In this document: piece by piece, positions 1-9,592 of the stretch
Layout: each line of letters begins with the position of its first letter
Position numbering within the stretch: position 1 is the stretch's first letter
Source: Patescibacteria group bacterium
Lineage (GTDB): Bacteria; Patescibacteriota; Patescibacteriia; UM-FILTER-42-10
Direction of reading: 5' to 3'
Assembly (NCBI GenBank): GCA_041664365.1
Contig: JBAYKW010000003.1
Coordinates: 28,696 to 92,695 of the forward strand
Length of the DNA: 64,000 nt
Notes under the pieces: generated by a model
Told to the model about the DNA's origin: nothing
Databases searched by the model: none
What the model saw: the letters and a program-made list of their open reading frames with translations, nothing else
Position numbers and translations under genes: made by a program

Positions 1-1230
1 GTGGGAATTCTGCCTCGTACGCATGGAACAGGTCTGTTTAATCGTGGTGAAACTCAAGTACTATCAGTAGTTACGTTAGGATCACCGGGAGATGAGCAGT
101 TATTGGACGGAATGGAAGTATCCGGTAAGAAACATTATATGCATCATTACAACTTCCCGGGATTCTCCGTGGGAGAAGTAAAAAGAATGATGTCCGCCGG
201 CAGAAGAGAAATCGGACACGGGGCATTAGCTGAAAAAGCAATCTTGCCTCTATTGCCTGATAAGGAATCTTTTCCTTATACCATCCGCGTGGTATCAGAA
301 GTATTGTCATCCAATGGATCAACATCCCAGGCTTCAATCTGCGGATCGTCTCTGGCATTAATGGATGCCGGTGTACCGATCTCAAGCCCGGCAGCCGGTA
401 TCTCAATCGGTCTGATGGCTAACGAAGATATGTCCAATTATAAACTGCTGACTGATATACAAGGGCTGGAAGACCACATCGGTTTGATGGACTTTAAAGT
501 GGCCGGAACCCGTAAAGGGATTACAGCCATGCAGGTTGATATTAAGAATAACGGACTGACTTTAGAAGTAGTAAAAGGGGCGCTGGAAAAAGCTAAAATT
601 GCACGTGGAAAAATTCTGGATGTAATGGAGCAGACAATCCCAAGCGTTCGCACAGAACTATCAAAGTACGCACCGCGCATCGTTCCGATGAGAATTGATC
701 CGGATAAAATCCGCGAACTGATCGGCCCGGGCGGAAAAGTAATCAATGAGATTATTGATACAACCGGTGTTCAGATTGATATTGAAGATGACGGATTAGT
801 AATGGTTACAGCTGACAAAGATTCCAAACTTGAAGAAGCATTGGAATGGATCAAAGGTATCACCAGCGATCCGGAAGTTGGTCAGGTGTATGAAGGTAAG
901 GTATTGAAGATTGTTACAGACCGCAACAGCGGTAAAGAAATAGGCGCTTTAGTGGAACTGGCTCATGGTAAAGACGGAATGGTTCATGTTTCGCAAATTG
1001 CCCATGAACATGTGAACAATGTAACTGACAAAATAAATGTCGGTGATATCGCTAAAGTAAAAGTGATGGGCGTTGATAAGGAACGCGGTCGTGTAGAACT
1101 TTCTATGAAAGTATTACTGCCGAAACCGGCCGGTTATGAGGACCGGGGTGATGATCGCGGAGGTTTTAGCAGAGGTGGTGGCAGAGGAGGAGAGCGACCA
1201 CAAAGACCCCAACGAAGAGACCGTTACTAA
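1..1230 (+). CDS. pnp: Polynucleotide phosphorylase (PNPase), 3' part of the gene. It covers the second RNase PH domain, KH and S1, then a Gly/Arg-rich tail. The 5' end lies outside the window.
   Basis: Open frame from base 1. RNase PH-like core motifs (SICGSSLALMDAGVP, HIGLMDFKVAGT), KH (GPGGKVINEI) and S1 (GQVYEGKV..V) are present. RGG-rich C-terminus. Confidence 0.9.
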   Translation: MGILPRTHGTGLFNRGETQVLSVVTLGSPGDEQLLDGMEVSGKKHYMHHYNFPGFSVGEVKRMMSAGRREIGHGALAEKAILPLLPDKESFPYTIRVVSEVLSSNGSTSQASICGSSLALMDAGVPISSPAAGISIGLMANEDMSNYKLLTDIQGLEDHIGLMDFKVAGTRKGITAMQVDIKNNGLTLEVVKGALEKAKIARGKILDVMEQTIPSVRTELSKYAPRIVPMRIDPDKIRELIGPGGKVINEIIDTTGVQIDIEDDGLVMVTADKDSKLEEALEWIKGITSDPEVGQVYEGKVLKIVTDRNSGKEIGALVELAHGKDGMVHVSQIAHEHVNNVTDKINVGDIAKVKVMGVDKERGRVELSMKVLLPKPAGYEDRGDDRGGFSRGGGRGGERPQRPQRRDRY

Positions 1231-1371
1231 GTAATCGAAGAATTCAACCGTCCCCTGTGAAAAGGGGGCGGTTTTAGTTTATCCCGTGGTCGAGCAAAAC
1301 TCAATCTAACGGGATTTATTCTCGGTCCAATTTGTGGTAGAGTATAATAAAGTTATCTTTAAGGGGGAAAC

Positions 1372-2724
1372 ATGAGGAAAAAGGAAAAACTGTTTATTAT
1401 CTCCGGTCCGTCCGGAGCGGGAGAAGATTCGGTGATTGAAGGTCTCCGGAGTCATTTTGATATAGAGCGGGTTATTACTACAACTACCAGAGAAAAAAGA
1501 AAAGGTGAATCAAAAGGCAACCCATATTATTTTGTGAGTAAAAATGATTTTAAATCCAAAATCAAAAAAGGCAATTTTATAGAATATGCCGAGGCATATA
1601 ACGGTAATTATTACGGGACGACCAATGATGAAATTGAACGCGTTAGAAATTCTGGTAAGATCGGAATCTGGAAAATAGAATATAAAGGTGTCCAGATTGT
1701 TAAGAAAAAACTGCCGGATGTGAAGTCAATTTATATTGCTCCGCCGGATTTAAAAACTTTGGAGAATCGCATCAAAAAAAGAAGCAAGGTGGATGCTTCA
1801 TATGTTGAAGAGCGGATGAAATATACGAAACAATGGTTGAAATATGAAAAAATTTATGATTATAAGGTTGTTAATCAGGAAGGAAAATTAGATCAGACAA
1901 TTGTTGAAGTCAGAAATATCATTAAAAATCAGTTAAGCAAGGGAATTGGACTGAAAATTGCCTTTGGTTTCATAACTTTACTTATCTTGATCGGATATTT
2001 TATCGGTTTCAGTTTTTTTCATCTGGACAGCCGGGATCAGATTATCAATTACTATGAAAAGATCACAGCTTCCTACAAAATAAAGCATAAAGAACAGTCC
2101 TATTCTGAATTACTAAAATTTGTGCCAAAAGACAGCACTTTGGCCTATATTGTCGGACCATTAACGTTTGATTTCTTTACCGGGAGCAATATTGATGATT
2201 TTCCAGTGCCAACATACCAACAGGCACTCTTTTTTTACCCGAAAGAAGGACTATCGCCGGGGGTTGTTCTACGATTAAATGATCCAAAATCGGAGCAATG
2301 GGAGAGCTTCAGCAAGCTTGTTGCGCAGGTTTGGGCTAAAAAATTCCCGGAAAAAGTACCTTTAACCTTGCCGGATGGCACAGTTGTTTACGAATTAGTG
2401 CCAAAACCGGAAAATATTAAACCAACAACCCTCGAATACAAAGGAGAAACAATATATACGCTATCTGATGGCTCAGAATCTGCTATTTCGTACGTCAAAG
2501 TCGCAGATTACGTGATTGTATCATCATCAGACCAAATCACTCGTTTAGCCCTTTTATCCGCTAATGATATCACTCAAAGATATGAAAAAGGCTTATATTC
2601 CCGCTGTTTAGCAACAAAACCATATGAATATCTATTGATGGATAATGCAAAAAAAGCTGAAAACATTGATATATTAGCAAATGTTTTACCCGTCATTATG
2701 TATTCAACTGAAAAATGCATATAA
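1372..2724 (+). CDS. gmk: Guanylate kinase domain (about 190 aa) fused in one ORF to a TM helix and an extracytoplasmic domain of about 230 aa with unknown function
   Basis: N-terminal P-loop ISGPSGAGEDSV and Gmk-like core. Then the hydrophobic segment IAFGFITLLILIGYFIGFSFF and a long non-homologous tail, with no stop in between. Confidence 0.7.
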   Translation: MRKKEKLFIISGPSGAGEDSVIEGLRSHFDIERVITTTTREKRKGESKGNPYYFVSKNDFKSKIKKGNFIEYAEAYNGNYYGTTNDEIERVRNSGKIGIWKIEYKGVQIVKKKLPDVKSIYIAPPDLKTLENRIKKRSKVDASYVEERMKYTKQWLKYEKIYDYKVVNQEGKLDQTIVEVRNIIKNQLSKGIGLKIAFGFITLLILIGYFIGFSFFHLDSRDQIINYYEKITASYKIKHKEQSYSELLKFVPKDSTLAYIVGPLTFDFFTGSNIDDFPVPTYQQALFFYPKEGLSPGVVLRLNDPKSEQWESFSKLVAQVWAKKFPEKVPLTLPDGTVVYELVPKPENIKPTTLEYKGETIYTLSDGSESAISYVKVADYVIVSSSDQITRLALLSANDITQRYEKGLYSRCLATKPYEYLLMDNAKKAENIDILANVLPVIMYSTEKCI

Positions 2725-2770
2725 ATTGGCTAAAATTAGCCTATTATGTCAATTTTTCACTAAAATCTGT

Positions 2771-2805
2771 TGACATGAGGTAAAAAATATGATATACTAC
2801 CTTTG
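2771..2805 (+). promoter_or_regulatory. Near-consensus sigma70-type promoter: TTGACA, 17 nt, TATACT
   Basis: ttgaca tgaggtaaaaaatatga tatact is read directly from the sequence. No ORF follows for about 340 nt. Confidence 0.45.
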
Positions 2806-2811
2806 TGAAGT

Positions 2812-3158
2812 AATTTCACGTTATACAAGCGTATATTGAAAATCTAATCTACCACACGGAATAGCAAGGAATATCTCCCTATAAGACGCTTGTAGGGACA
2901 AAGTTCTTTACTATTTTGAAGAGGGAACAAAACAAAAATAAAAGCGGTTAACATATATAAAAATATGGTTAACCACAAAAATGGTAGAGAATCGTCATTT
3001 TCTCCCTAAAACCCTCATAGGAAAGAAAATGCTTAAAGTCTTTGCGACACCAATCGAGCGATCGTCTCACGACGAAAGTGAGTTGGGCAAGGGCCTTGGG
3101 CGTGACAGTGCTTAAATAACTTTGTAATGGCGCTAGTTGCGCCCTTTTTCTTTTCTCA
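2812..3158 (+). ncRNA. Candidate structured non-coding RNA, or a long regulatory leader, of about 340 nt. It lies between a strong promoter and an intrinsic terminator. Its class is unidentified.
   Basis: No plausible ORF. There are several imperfect hairpins: gtgaagtaatttcac, ccctataagacgcttgtaggg, ggttaacatat..atatggttaacc, ctcacgacgaaagtgag. A terminator hairpin plus T-tract ends it at 3129-3155. Confidence 0.25.
3129..3155 (+). terminator. Rho-independent terminator: ggcgctagttgcgcc followed by ctttttcttttc
   Basis: GC stem-loop followed by a T-rich run, 45 nt upstream of the DksA-like start. Confidence 0.45.
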
Positions 3159-3199
3159 ATATTTTGTATAATGTATCTATAAGTAATAAAGAAAAAACA

Positions 3200-3562
3200 A
3201 TGGATAAAGAGTTTTTAAAGAAGATAGAAGGAGAGCTTCTCAAGCAACAGGCTAAATTACGCGGTGAGTTAGGTAGTTTTGCGGACAAGAATGTAAACAA
3301 GGAAGATGATTTTAACACCCGTTTCCCAAGCTATGGAGACAAAGATGAAGAAAATGCAACTGAGGTTGCCGATTTTCAGGATAACCTTTCAGTGGAAAGA
3401 AGTTTGGAAAAGACTTTGGAAAGAACTGATTTAGCATTGGAAAAAATTAAGAATGGTACATATGGCAGTTGTGCTAAGTGTGGGAAAGAAATAGATCCGG
3501 CGCGTTTGGAAGCATTCCCAGCGGCAACGCTTTGCATGGAGTGTCATAAATCTGCTCAATAA
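3200..3562 (+). CDS. DksA/TraR-family C4 zinc-finger protein
   Basis: C-terminal CAKCGKEIDPARLEAFPAATLCMECH (CxxC-N17-CxxC), preceded by a charged coiled-coil region. The start is chosen at MDKEF, and the upstream in-frame extension is unlikely. Confidence 0.65.
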   Translation: MDKEFLKKIEGELLKQQAKLRGELGSFADKNVNKEDDFNTRFPSYGDKDEENATEVADFQDNLSVERSLEKTLERTDLALEKIKNGTYGSCAKCGKEIDPARLEAFPAATLCMECHKSAQ

Positions 3563-3569
3563 AAACTAA

Positions 3570-4046
3570 ATGAAAGAAGAGTCCAAACAACTGATGCTTA
3601 TTAATATTGGATTCTTTTTTTTGTTTGTTATAGATCGGATATTGAAATGGTGGGCTCTTAATTCATTATCCGATATCTCGTCGATAACTTTTTTTCGTAT
3701 ATTCCGGTTAGAATTGTATTTGAATGAGGGAATAATTTTTAGCGTACCACTACCAAAAATCTTAATCTATATAATAACGGTATTTATCATCGGGATTGTC
3801 GCTTCATTTTTAAATTTGGCATATCGGAAAATAAATTTATATTTGATTTCAGGATTATCTTTAATTTTAATTGGAGCATTCTCTAATCTGCTCGATCGGA
3901 TTAACCATAGTGCGATTATTGATTTTGTAAATTTACGATTTCTGCCTGTCTTTAATCTGGCTGATTGTCTGATTGTCACCGGTTCCATAATCATAATTTT
4001 AAAATTATTTAATTCATCTGAATATCATGATGAAAAAATTCACTAA
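3570..4046 (+). CDS. lspA: Lipoprotein signal peptidase (signal peptidase II)
   Basis: Four TM segments; conserved motifs NxGxAF-like, LDRINHSAIIDFVN and FNLADCLIVTGSI. Confidence 0.8.
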   Translation: MKEESKQLMLINIGFFFLFVIDRILKWWALNSLSDISSITFFRIFRLELYLNEGIIFSVPLPKILIYIITVFIIGIVASFLNLAYRKINLYLISGLSLILIGAFSNLLDRINHSAIIDFVNLRFLPVFNLADCLIVTGSIIIILKLFNSSEYHDEKIH

Positions 4047-4347
4047 AAAGAAAGAAAACTTTATTTGCATTAACTGTAAAAAGAAAGTCGAAGGTGACGG
4101 GTATACCAATCATTGTCCTTTTTGTTTGTATTCCTTGCACGTAGATGAATCTCCCGGTGACCGATCTTCAGTCTGCAATGGTGTGATGAAGCCGATCAAT
4201 TTGATTATCAAAAACAAAGAGGAGAAGATTGTGCATGTCTGTAAAAAGTGCGGAATGCAGAAACTGAACCGTCTGCACGAGTCAGACAACAGAGAAATAA
4301 TTTATAATATTATAGAACAATATAACCGGAATAATTTGCCGATATAG
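4027..4347 (+). CDS. RNHCP-domain zinc-ribbon protein
   Basis: CINCKKKV..YTNHCPFCLYSLHVDESPGDR..VCNGVMKPI..VCKKCG matches the RNHCP arrangement. Confidence 0.55.
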   Translation: MMKKFTKKKENFICINCKKKVEGDGYTNHCPFCLYSLHVDESPGDRSSVCNGVMKPINLIIKNKEEKIVHVCKKCGMQKLNRLHESDNREIIYNIIEQYNRNNLPI

Positions 4348-4479
4348 CGTTTAATTCTTTTTTATAATATTAACTAAAACGTGGGCAGTTTGACTGTCAG
4401 GTGGGTTGGTGCTAACATATAGGAAATAAATAGATAAGCAATGGGCGTCTTGCGATGCCTTATTTTTATTGTAAATAGT

Positions 4480-6000
4480 ATGCCTTCAAAACTATACTCC
4501 GCCGCGTTGGTCGGTATTGAAAGCCAAATAATTGAGGTGGAAGCTGACGTAGCCTCTGGCCTGCCTAACTTGATTGTGGTCGGTCTACCGGATACAGCGG
4601 TGCAAGAGGCGAAGATCAGGGTGCGCTCGGCGATTATCAACAGCGGTTTGCCTTTCCCAAGGACCAGGGTAACTGTAAATTTAGCGCCTGCGGATCTAAA
4701 AAAAGAAGGTTCATCTTTTGACTTGCCGATAGCACTAGGGATTTATATGGCAACACGGGGTGTTGATATAAATTTACCGAAAGAAAAATCAATATTCATC
4801 GGGGAACTTGCTTTGGATGGAACGGTGCGGAGGGTCAGCGGTATATTGTCAATCGTTATGATGGCGAAACAAAATAATATTAAAAATATATTTCTCCCGG
4901 CGGAAAATATTGAGGAAGCGCGGGTCATCTCTGGGATAAAAGTATTTGCTGTCTCAAACCTGATGCAACTTGTAAATCATTTAGATAATTCACGTTTAAT
5001 TATCCCAACATCACATCATATTGAAAGGCTTACTGAAAATGAAAATATTGATGAAACATTTTCTCAGGTAAAAGGCCAGGAGTTTGCCAAGCGCGCGCTG
5101 GTTATTGCTGCGGCAGGAGGACATAACCTCTTCATGACCGGACCTCCGGGCACCGGTAAAACTATGCTGGCCAGAAGTATCCTTTCAATCTTGCCTGAAC
5201 TTCAGACATCAGAAATGTTTGAAGTAACCAAAATCTACAGTGTTGCAAAATTACTGGCCAAAGGCGGGTCGTTGGTGTCAAAGAGGCCATTCCGATCACC
5301 ACACCACACCGCATCTGCCGCCGCACTGATCGGCGGCGGCAGAACTCCAAAGCCTGGCGAAATATCGCTTGCTCACCGGGGAGTATTGTTCCTGGATGAG
5401 TTGCCGGAATTCCCGAGAATCGTTCTGGAAAGTCTTCGCCAGCCTTTGGAGGATGGGCAAGTGACAGTGGCCAGAGTTTCGGGCACTATTCAGTTTCCAG
5501 CTAAGTTTATGCTGATCACTGCTGCCAATCCTTGCCCATGCGGTTATCTCTCCGATCCCAAACAGGTGTGTCGATGTTCACCGAATCAAATAATAAATTA
5601 TCAGAAAAGAGTATCCGGTCCGCTTTTGGACAGGATGGATTTACATGTGGAGGTGGCTAGGATCGAATTTTCTGAACTGGTTAGAGAGCCGGGTTCGATG
5701 CTTGAAACCATCGAGATCAGAAGAAAGATAAAGAAAGCGCGATTAATCCAGAACAGCCGTTTAAAACCGGCAGGACTTCTGGAGAATTCTGAAATGACTC
5801 AAAAGGAAATAAACCGCTATTGTCAGGTGGATAAAAATGCACAGACTCTTTTGAAACAAGCGGTGGAAAAATTCCCCCTGTCAGCACGAGCATATTTTAG
5901 AGTATTGAAAGTTGCCAGAACAATTGCCGATATAGAACAAGAGGAAAGAATCCAGACTCAGCATATTGCCGAGGCGCTGCAGTATAGATTAAAGTTGTAA
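4480..6000 (+). CDS. comM: YifB/ComM-family Mg-chelatase-like AAA+ ATPase
   Basis: N-terminal Lon-like domain (SAALVGIESQIIEVEADVASGLPNLIVVGLPDTAV), Walker A GPPGTGKT, and a C-terminal Mg-chelatase-like region. Confidence 0.85.
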   Translation: MPSKLYSAALVGIESQIIEVEADVASGLPNLIVVGLPDTAVQEAKIRVRSAIINSGLPFPRTRVTVNLAPADLKKEGSSFDLPIALGIYMATRGVDINLPKEKSIFIGELALDGTVRRVSGILSIVMMAKQNNIKNIFLPAENIEEARVISGIKVFAVSNLMQLVNHLDNSRLIIPTSHHIERLTENENIDETFSQVKGQEFAKRALVIAAAGGHNLFMTGPPGTGKTMLARSILSILPELQTSEMFEVTKIYSVAKLLAKGGSLVSKRPFRSPHHTASAAALIGGGRTPKPGEISLAHRGVLFLDELPEFPRIVLESLRQPLEDGQVTVARVSGTIQFPAKFMLITAANPCPCGYLSDPKQVCRCSPNQIINYQKRVSGPLLDRMDLHVEVARIEFSELVREPGSMLETIEIRRKIKKARLIQNSRLKPAGLLENSEMTQKEINRYCQVDKNAQTLLKQAVEKFPLSARAYFRVLKVARTIADIEQEERIQTQHIAEALQYRLKL

Positions 6001-6104
6001 GTTTTAAGATTTAAGTGAATATCTTTAACTTTAATCATAAATCCTTAATCTATAACAAACAGAAAAAATGGTATATACTGAAGGGGTATATTTATCATCA
6101 AAAT

Positions 6105-6857
6105 ATGAAGGGTCAGTCAAATTACAGCCATATAATTATCTCCATAACAATCGCCATAATAATGATTGTTTTAATTTCCGGTTTTGCGTATGGATTTTTA
6201 TGGTTTTTTAATAATTATATTGGAAGCAGTCTGGATCCATCCAACAACGTAGTTAAACAGTGTATCGGTCAGTGTCAGGAAGAGGCGGCTTGCTCAGTGG
6301 GGACCAGCAGTAATTATCGGTTGGTCAACGGGGTTTGCCAGTGCAGTTGTATTAAACTAAAAAATGTTCTTAATACGAATACGGCTACAAATACTAATAT
6401 TCAGAATACAAATGAATCTGAAAATACAAATACCCAAGATACAGGTTTGCAGATATATGAAAATCCGAAGTTTACTATAGAGTACCCGAGCGGTTGGGAA
6501 GCTCGTACCGATATATCCGGATCAGATCTCGCATCGGAAACTGTAACTATTTCATCACCAGAGACAATAGGGGATACTATCTGGTCCGTTTTGCTTTATA
6601 ACGCTGATTCAACCGACATGGATTCTTTAATCGCCAAAATGGGCGATCAGTTTTCAGACCGCCGAGAAATAAGAGATAGAATCACGATTGCCGGTAAACA
6701 GGCAACTAGAGTTACGGTAACGACGGAAACAATAGAGGGTTGGGAACATGTACAAATATTTTTTGAGGATGATGATACACTCTATGCCATCAATGACGGT
6801 GCCGGTCGCAATCTGGAATTTGAAACTTTTTATAATTCATTTCAATTTATAGAATAA
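6105..6857 (+). CDS. Member A of a paralogous N-anchored secreted protein family: signal-anchor, Asn/Thr-rich linker, C-terminal domain of about 130 aa ending SFQFIE
   Basis: TM segment IIISITIAIIMIVLISGFAYGFLWFF, an NTNTATNTNIQNTNESENTNTQDT linker, and a C-terminal domain shared with the next two genes (xYPxxW ... TFQF). Confidence 0.55.
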   Translation: MKGQSNYSHIIISITIAIIMIVLISGFAYGFLWFFNNYIGSSLDPSNNVVKQCIGQCQEEAACSVGTSSNYRLVNGVCQCSCIKLKNVLNTNTATNTNIQNTNESENTNTQDTGLQIYENPKFTIEYPSGWEARTDISGSDLASETVTISSPETIGDTIWSVLLYNADSTDMDSLIAKMGDQFSDRREIRDRITIAGKQATRVTVTTETIEGWEHVQIFFEDDDTLYAINDGAGRNLEFETFYNSFQFIE

Positions 6858-6871
6858 TTTATTTTAATTAT

Positions 6872-8782
6872 ATGATTAATCAAAAAGGACTTACCCATAT
6901 AATAATCGCAATCGGTGCGTTTGCCGTAGCGGCTGTAATTTTTGTCGGCGCATGGTGGTTTGTTTTCGGTCGTTCAGATGATGCCAATACCACAAACACC
7001 AATACAACAGTTACAATAAATTCTTTTACTGAATGTGAGGCGGCCGGGTATCCGGTAATGGAAAGTTATCCTAGGCAATGTGCAGCGGGAGGTAAAACAT
7101 TTACGGAAGTAATTACCAATACAAATATTTCGGTTAATCAAAATGTTAATAGCACGACAGATAATAATTCTGTAAATCAAGTTTCATTTATTTCCTATTT
7201 AAGTGATGATAAAATATTTTCTCTGAATACAGAGAACGGAGATACTTCAATTGTGTTAGAGATATCTCAAATAATTGATTATGATATTACAAAAGATGGA
7301 CAAAATATTGCTTATGTATCAAAAAAGGATGATTTAGAAACAGAGGTACACATATATAATATTGGTACGCGATTAGATAGTATTGTTTTAAATGAACCGT
7401 TGACATATTATCATGATATTCTATTGTCCCCCGATGGCGGTAAAATTGCATATGTGAAAAAAATATATAATAATCAGGAAAATGAATATTTAAATCAGGC
7501 AGTTTATTATAGTGATATTGATGGAACAAGTGAAACAAAAATTGCCGACACCGGTAAGACTGATGCTGAGATTGGCAATATATATGGTAATGATGTTTGC
7601 CAGTGGGGGAATGATATAAATCTATTAGGTATTGAAGGTTGGGTACCAGAAAGTAATTATGTAGTTTATTATATTAACGATGATTATGAGTGTAGTGGTC
7701 CAGGACACGATAGAATTTATATTACGGATCTTAATGGGAATAAATCATTTTTTGATGAATATCTTTCTAATTCAGGAACTTTCGACTTTAACGGAAATGA
7801 AACTTCTTGGTTACCGGTAAGAATAGATTGGCCGATTGATGCAACTGTGAATGGTTCATTTTTGCTTTCTCAACATGCTCCAATCCCTATGACAAATAGT
7901 CGAATGGTTACTGTTGAAAATAATGAAATAAAAAAAGATTTTAATCTTATCAATTACGATGATCCGGAGTATAAGAATAATATGCAGAGGATCCGTTCAA
8001 ATTATGATTATAATAGTGAGCTTGTTGTATGGGATGAAAAAATACACTACTTTGGTAGTCGTTGGGAAGAATTAGGAAGTAATGAATCGATACAATTACT
8101 AAATCTGAGTCAAAATGAAGCATCAACTATTATTGAAGCGCAAACTGATCTAGCATACACAAATCCTGTGTTTATAGGCGATAATAAAATCTTATATCGT
8201 CGTTATAATGTTGAGGTGGTAACTAATCCATCCGGTTATACATATAATAAAAAATCTGATGATTTTGATTTGTTCATTTATGATTCATCTGATGAAAGTA
8301 ATAGAATGTTGATTGAAAATATCATTGCTGAAGATATTCATGGATATATTGCATCAGCGGCAAGTGGTTGGCAGACACATACCAATGATACTTATGGATT
8401 ATCTTTTAGTTATCCCTCGACAGTTGATATTGAGCAAGCAAGTGGCAATATTTATTTGGCATCTGGTGATGTACAATTCAACGAGATTGGCTCTTCAAAC
8501 GCTTTTTTAGCAGTAATTAATAATGCTGAATATTATGATCAGGACAATGCTCGATTGAATAACATTGTTGAGGATACCATCACTATTGCCGGGGGAGATT
8601 ATAAACGTACAACTGGAAATGACAATGGGCGATATGAGGGTGATTCTGCTGGGATAGTAGTTAATATTGCTTTTAGCGATTATACAATTCATATTGAGCA
8701 GAATCCGGGTAATACACATCCGATGGAAGACACTATTGCACTAGCAAATCAAATACTTTCAACATTCCAATTCACTAATTAA
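6872..8782 (+). CDS. Family member B: signal-anchor, Asn/Thr linker, TolB/PD40-like beta-propeller repeats, C-terminal domain ending TFQFTN
   Basis: N-terminus MINQKGLTHIIIAIGAFAVAAVIFVGAWWF; PD40-like motif LSPDGGKIAYV; C-terminus ANQILSTFQFTN. Confidence 0.6.
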   Translation: MINQKGLTHIIIAIGAFAVAAVIFVGAWWFVFGRSDDANTTNTNTTVTINSFTECEAAGYPVMESYPRQCAAGGKTFTEVITNTNISVNQNVNSTTDNNSVNQVSFISYLSDDKIFSLNTENGDTSIVLEISQIIDYDITKDGQNIAYVSKKDDLETEVHIYNIGTRLDSIVLNEPLTYYHDILLSPDGGKIAYVKKIYNNQENEYLNQAVYYSDIDGTSETKIADTGKTDAEIGNIYGNDVCQWGNDINLLGIEGWVPESNYVVYYINDDYECSGPGHDRIYITDLNGNKSFFDEYLSNSGTFDFNGNETSWLPVRIDWPIDATVNGSFLLSQHAPIPMTNSRMVTVENNEIKKDFNLINYDDPEYKNNMQRIRSNYDYNSELVVWDEKIHYFGSRWEELGSNESIQLLNLSQNEASTIIEAQTDLAYTNPVFIGDNKILYRRYNVEVVTNPSGYTYNKKSDDFDLFIYDSSDESNRMLIENIIAEDIHGYIASAASGWQTHTNDTYGLSFSYPSTVDIEQASGNIYLASGDVQFNEIGSSNAFLAVINNAEYYDQDNARLNNIVEDTITIAGGDYKRTTGNDNGRYEGDSAGIVVNIAFSDYTIHIEQNPGNTHPMEDTIALANQILSTFQFTN

Positions 8783-8790
8783 AAAATTGT

Positions 8791-9573
8791 ATGAATAACC
8801 AAAAAGGGATTGTCCCAGTAGTAATAGTAGCTATCATTGCCGGGGTAGTAATTATTGGGGGCGGTGTAATTTGGTACTTCACATCTCAAAATAGTACCAA
8901 TAGTAATACCAACACAAAGAATACAATCGAAAATACAAATAGTGTAATGAATACAAATACCAACAGTGCATTGAATACTAATTCAAAGGTAAATACAAAT
9001 AGCACAATTAATACAAACAACAACACAATTCAAAACACAAATAACGTAACAAATACTAATACAACTGTAACCATAAACACGAATAGTGCATTGGATGAAA
9101 CTGCAGATTGGGAAACATATACAAATACTCGTTATGCATACACAATAAAATATCCTGATAATTGGTATGTAGACACGAATTATTCCGAAGCCGATTTTAC
9201 TTATAGAGCTGGCGAGCAGACTTATATTGGGGGTGATACTTCATGGTCTAATTACAGCAACCCAAGTCAATATACTCTTGGAACAATTCCAAATGACATT
9301 GAGTCGGTAAATCTTCTTATCTGGAAAGTAAGTCAATCATCAAGTGTTGATGATTTTATAAATGGTAAATTTTCTTACTATGATAAAGAATCCTTTATTT
9401 CAAATGATGTTACAGTAACCCGTTTATTTTTGAATGATGAAAATGGTCAGGAAAGTGAAAGAAGAATGCTTCTATTAAAGCAGGATGATAGATTGTTTGA
9501 CTTTACATATGGTCAGAATGGATCATTATCTGTTATGGAAGATATGATTAATACATTTCAATTCACTAATTAA
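8791..9573 (+). CDS. Family member C: signal-anchor, long NTN-repeat linker, C-terminal domain ending TFQFTN
   Basis: N-terminus MNNQKGIVPVVIVAIIAGVVIIGGGVIWYF; C-terminus MEDMINTFQFTN. Confidence 0.6.
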   Translation: MNNQKGIVPVVIVAIIAGVVIIGGGVIWYFTSQNSTNSNTNTKNTIENTNSVMNTNTNSALNTNSKVNTNSTINTNNNTIQNTNNVTNTNTTVTINTNSALDETADWETYTNTRYAYTIKYPDNWYVDTNYSEADFTYRAGEQTYIGGDTSWSNYSNPSQYTLGTIPNDIESVNLLIWKVSQSSSVDDFINGKFSYYDKESFISNDVTVTRLFLNDENGQESERRMLLLKQDDRLFDFTYGQNGSLSVMEDMINTFQFTN

Positions 9574-9592
9574 GTTATTAATTAAAAATGGT

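Noticed and set aside
2812-3158. Assigning the ORF-free structured region to RNase P RNA, tmRNA, SRP RNA or 6S RNA
   Set aside because: The universal RNase P P4 sequence AAAGUCCGG, tmRNA tRNA-like termini with CCA, and the SRP domain IV motif are all absent. It is reported only as an unclassified candidate.
3133-3318. 61-aa minus-strand ORF overlapping the terminator and the DksA-like gene start
   Set aside because: It overlaps a motif-supported plus-strand gene and an intrinsic terminator. It is low-complexity with no RBS.
8890-9100. Repetitive AAT/ACA-rich DNA as a possible CRISPR or other spacer-repeat array
   Set aside because: The repeats are degenerate, in-frame and coding (NTN linker). 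There is no regular repeat-spacer periodicity and no cas genes.
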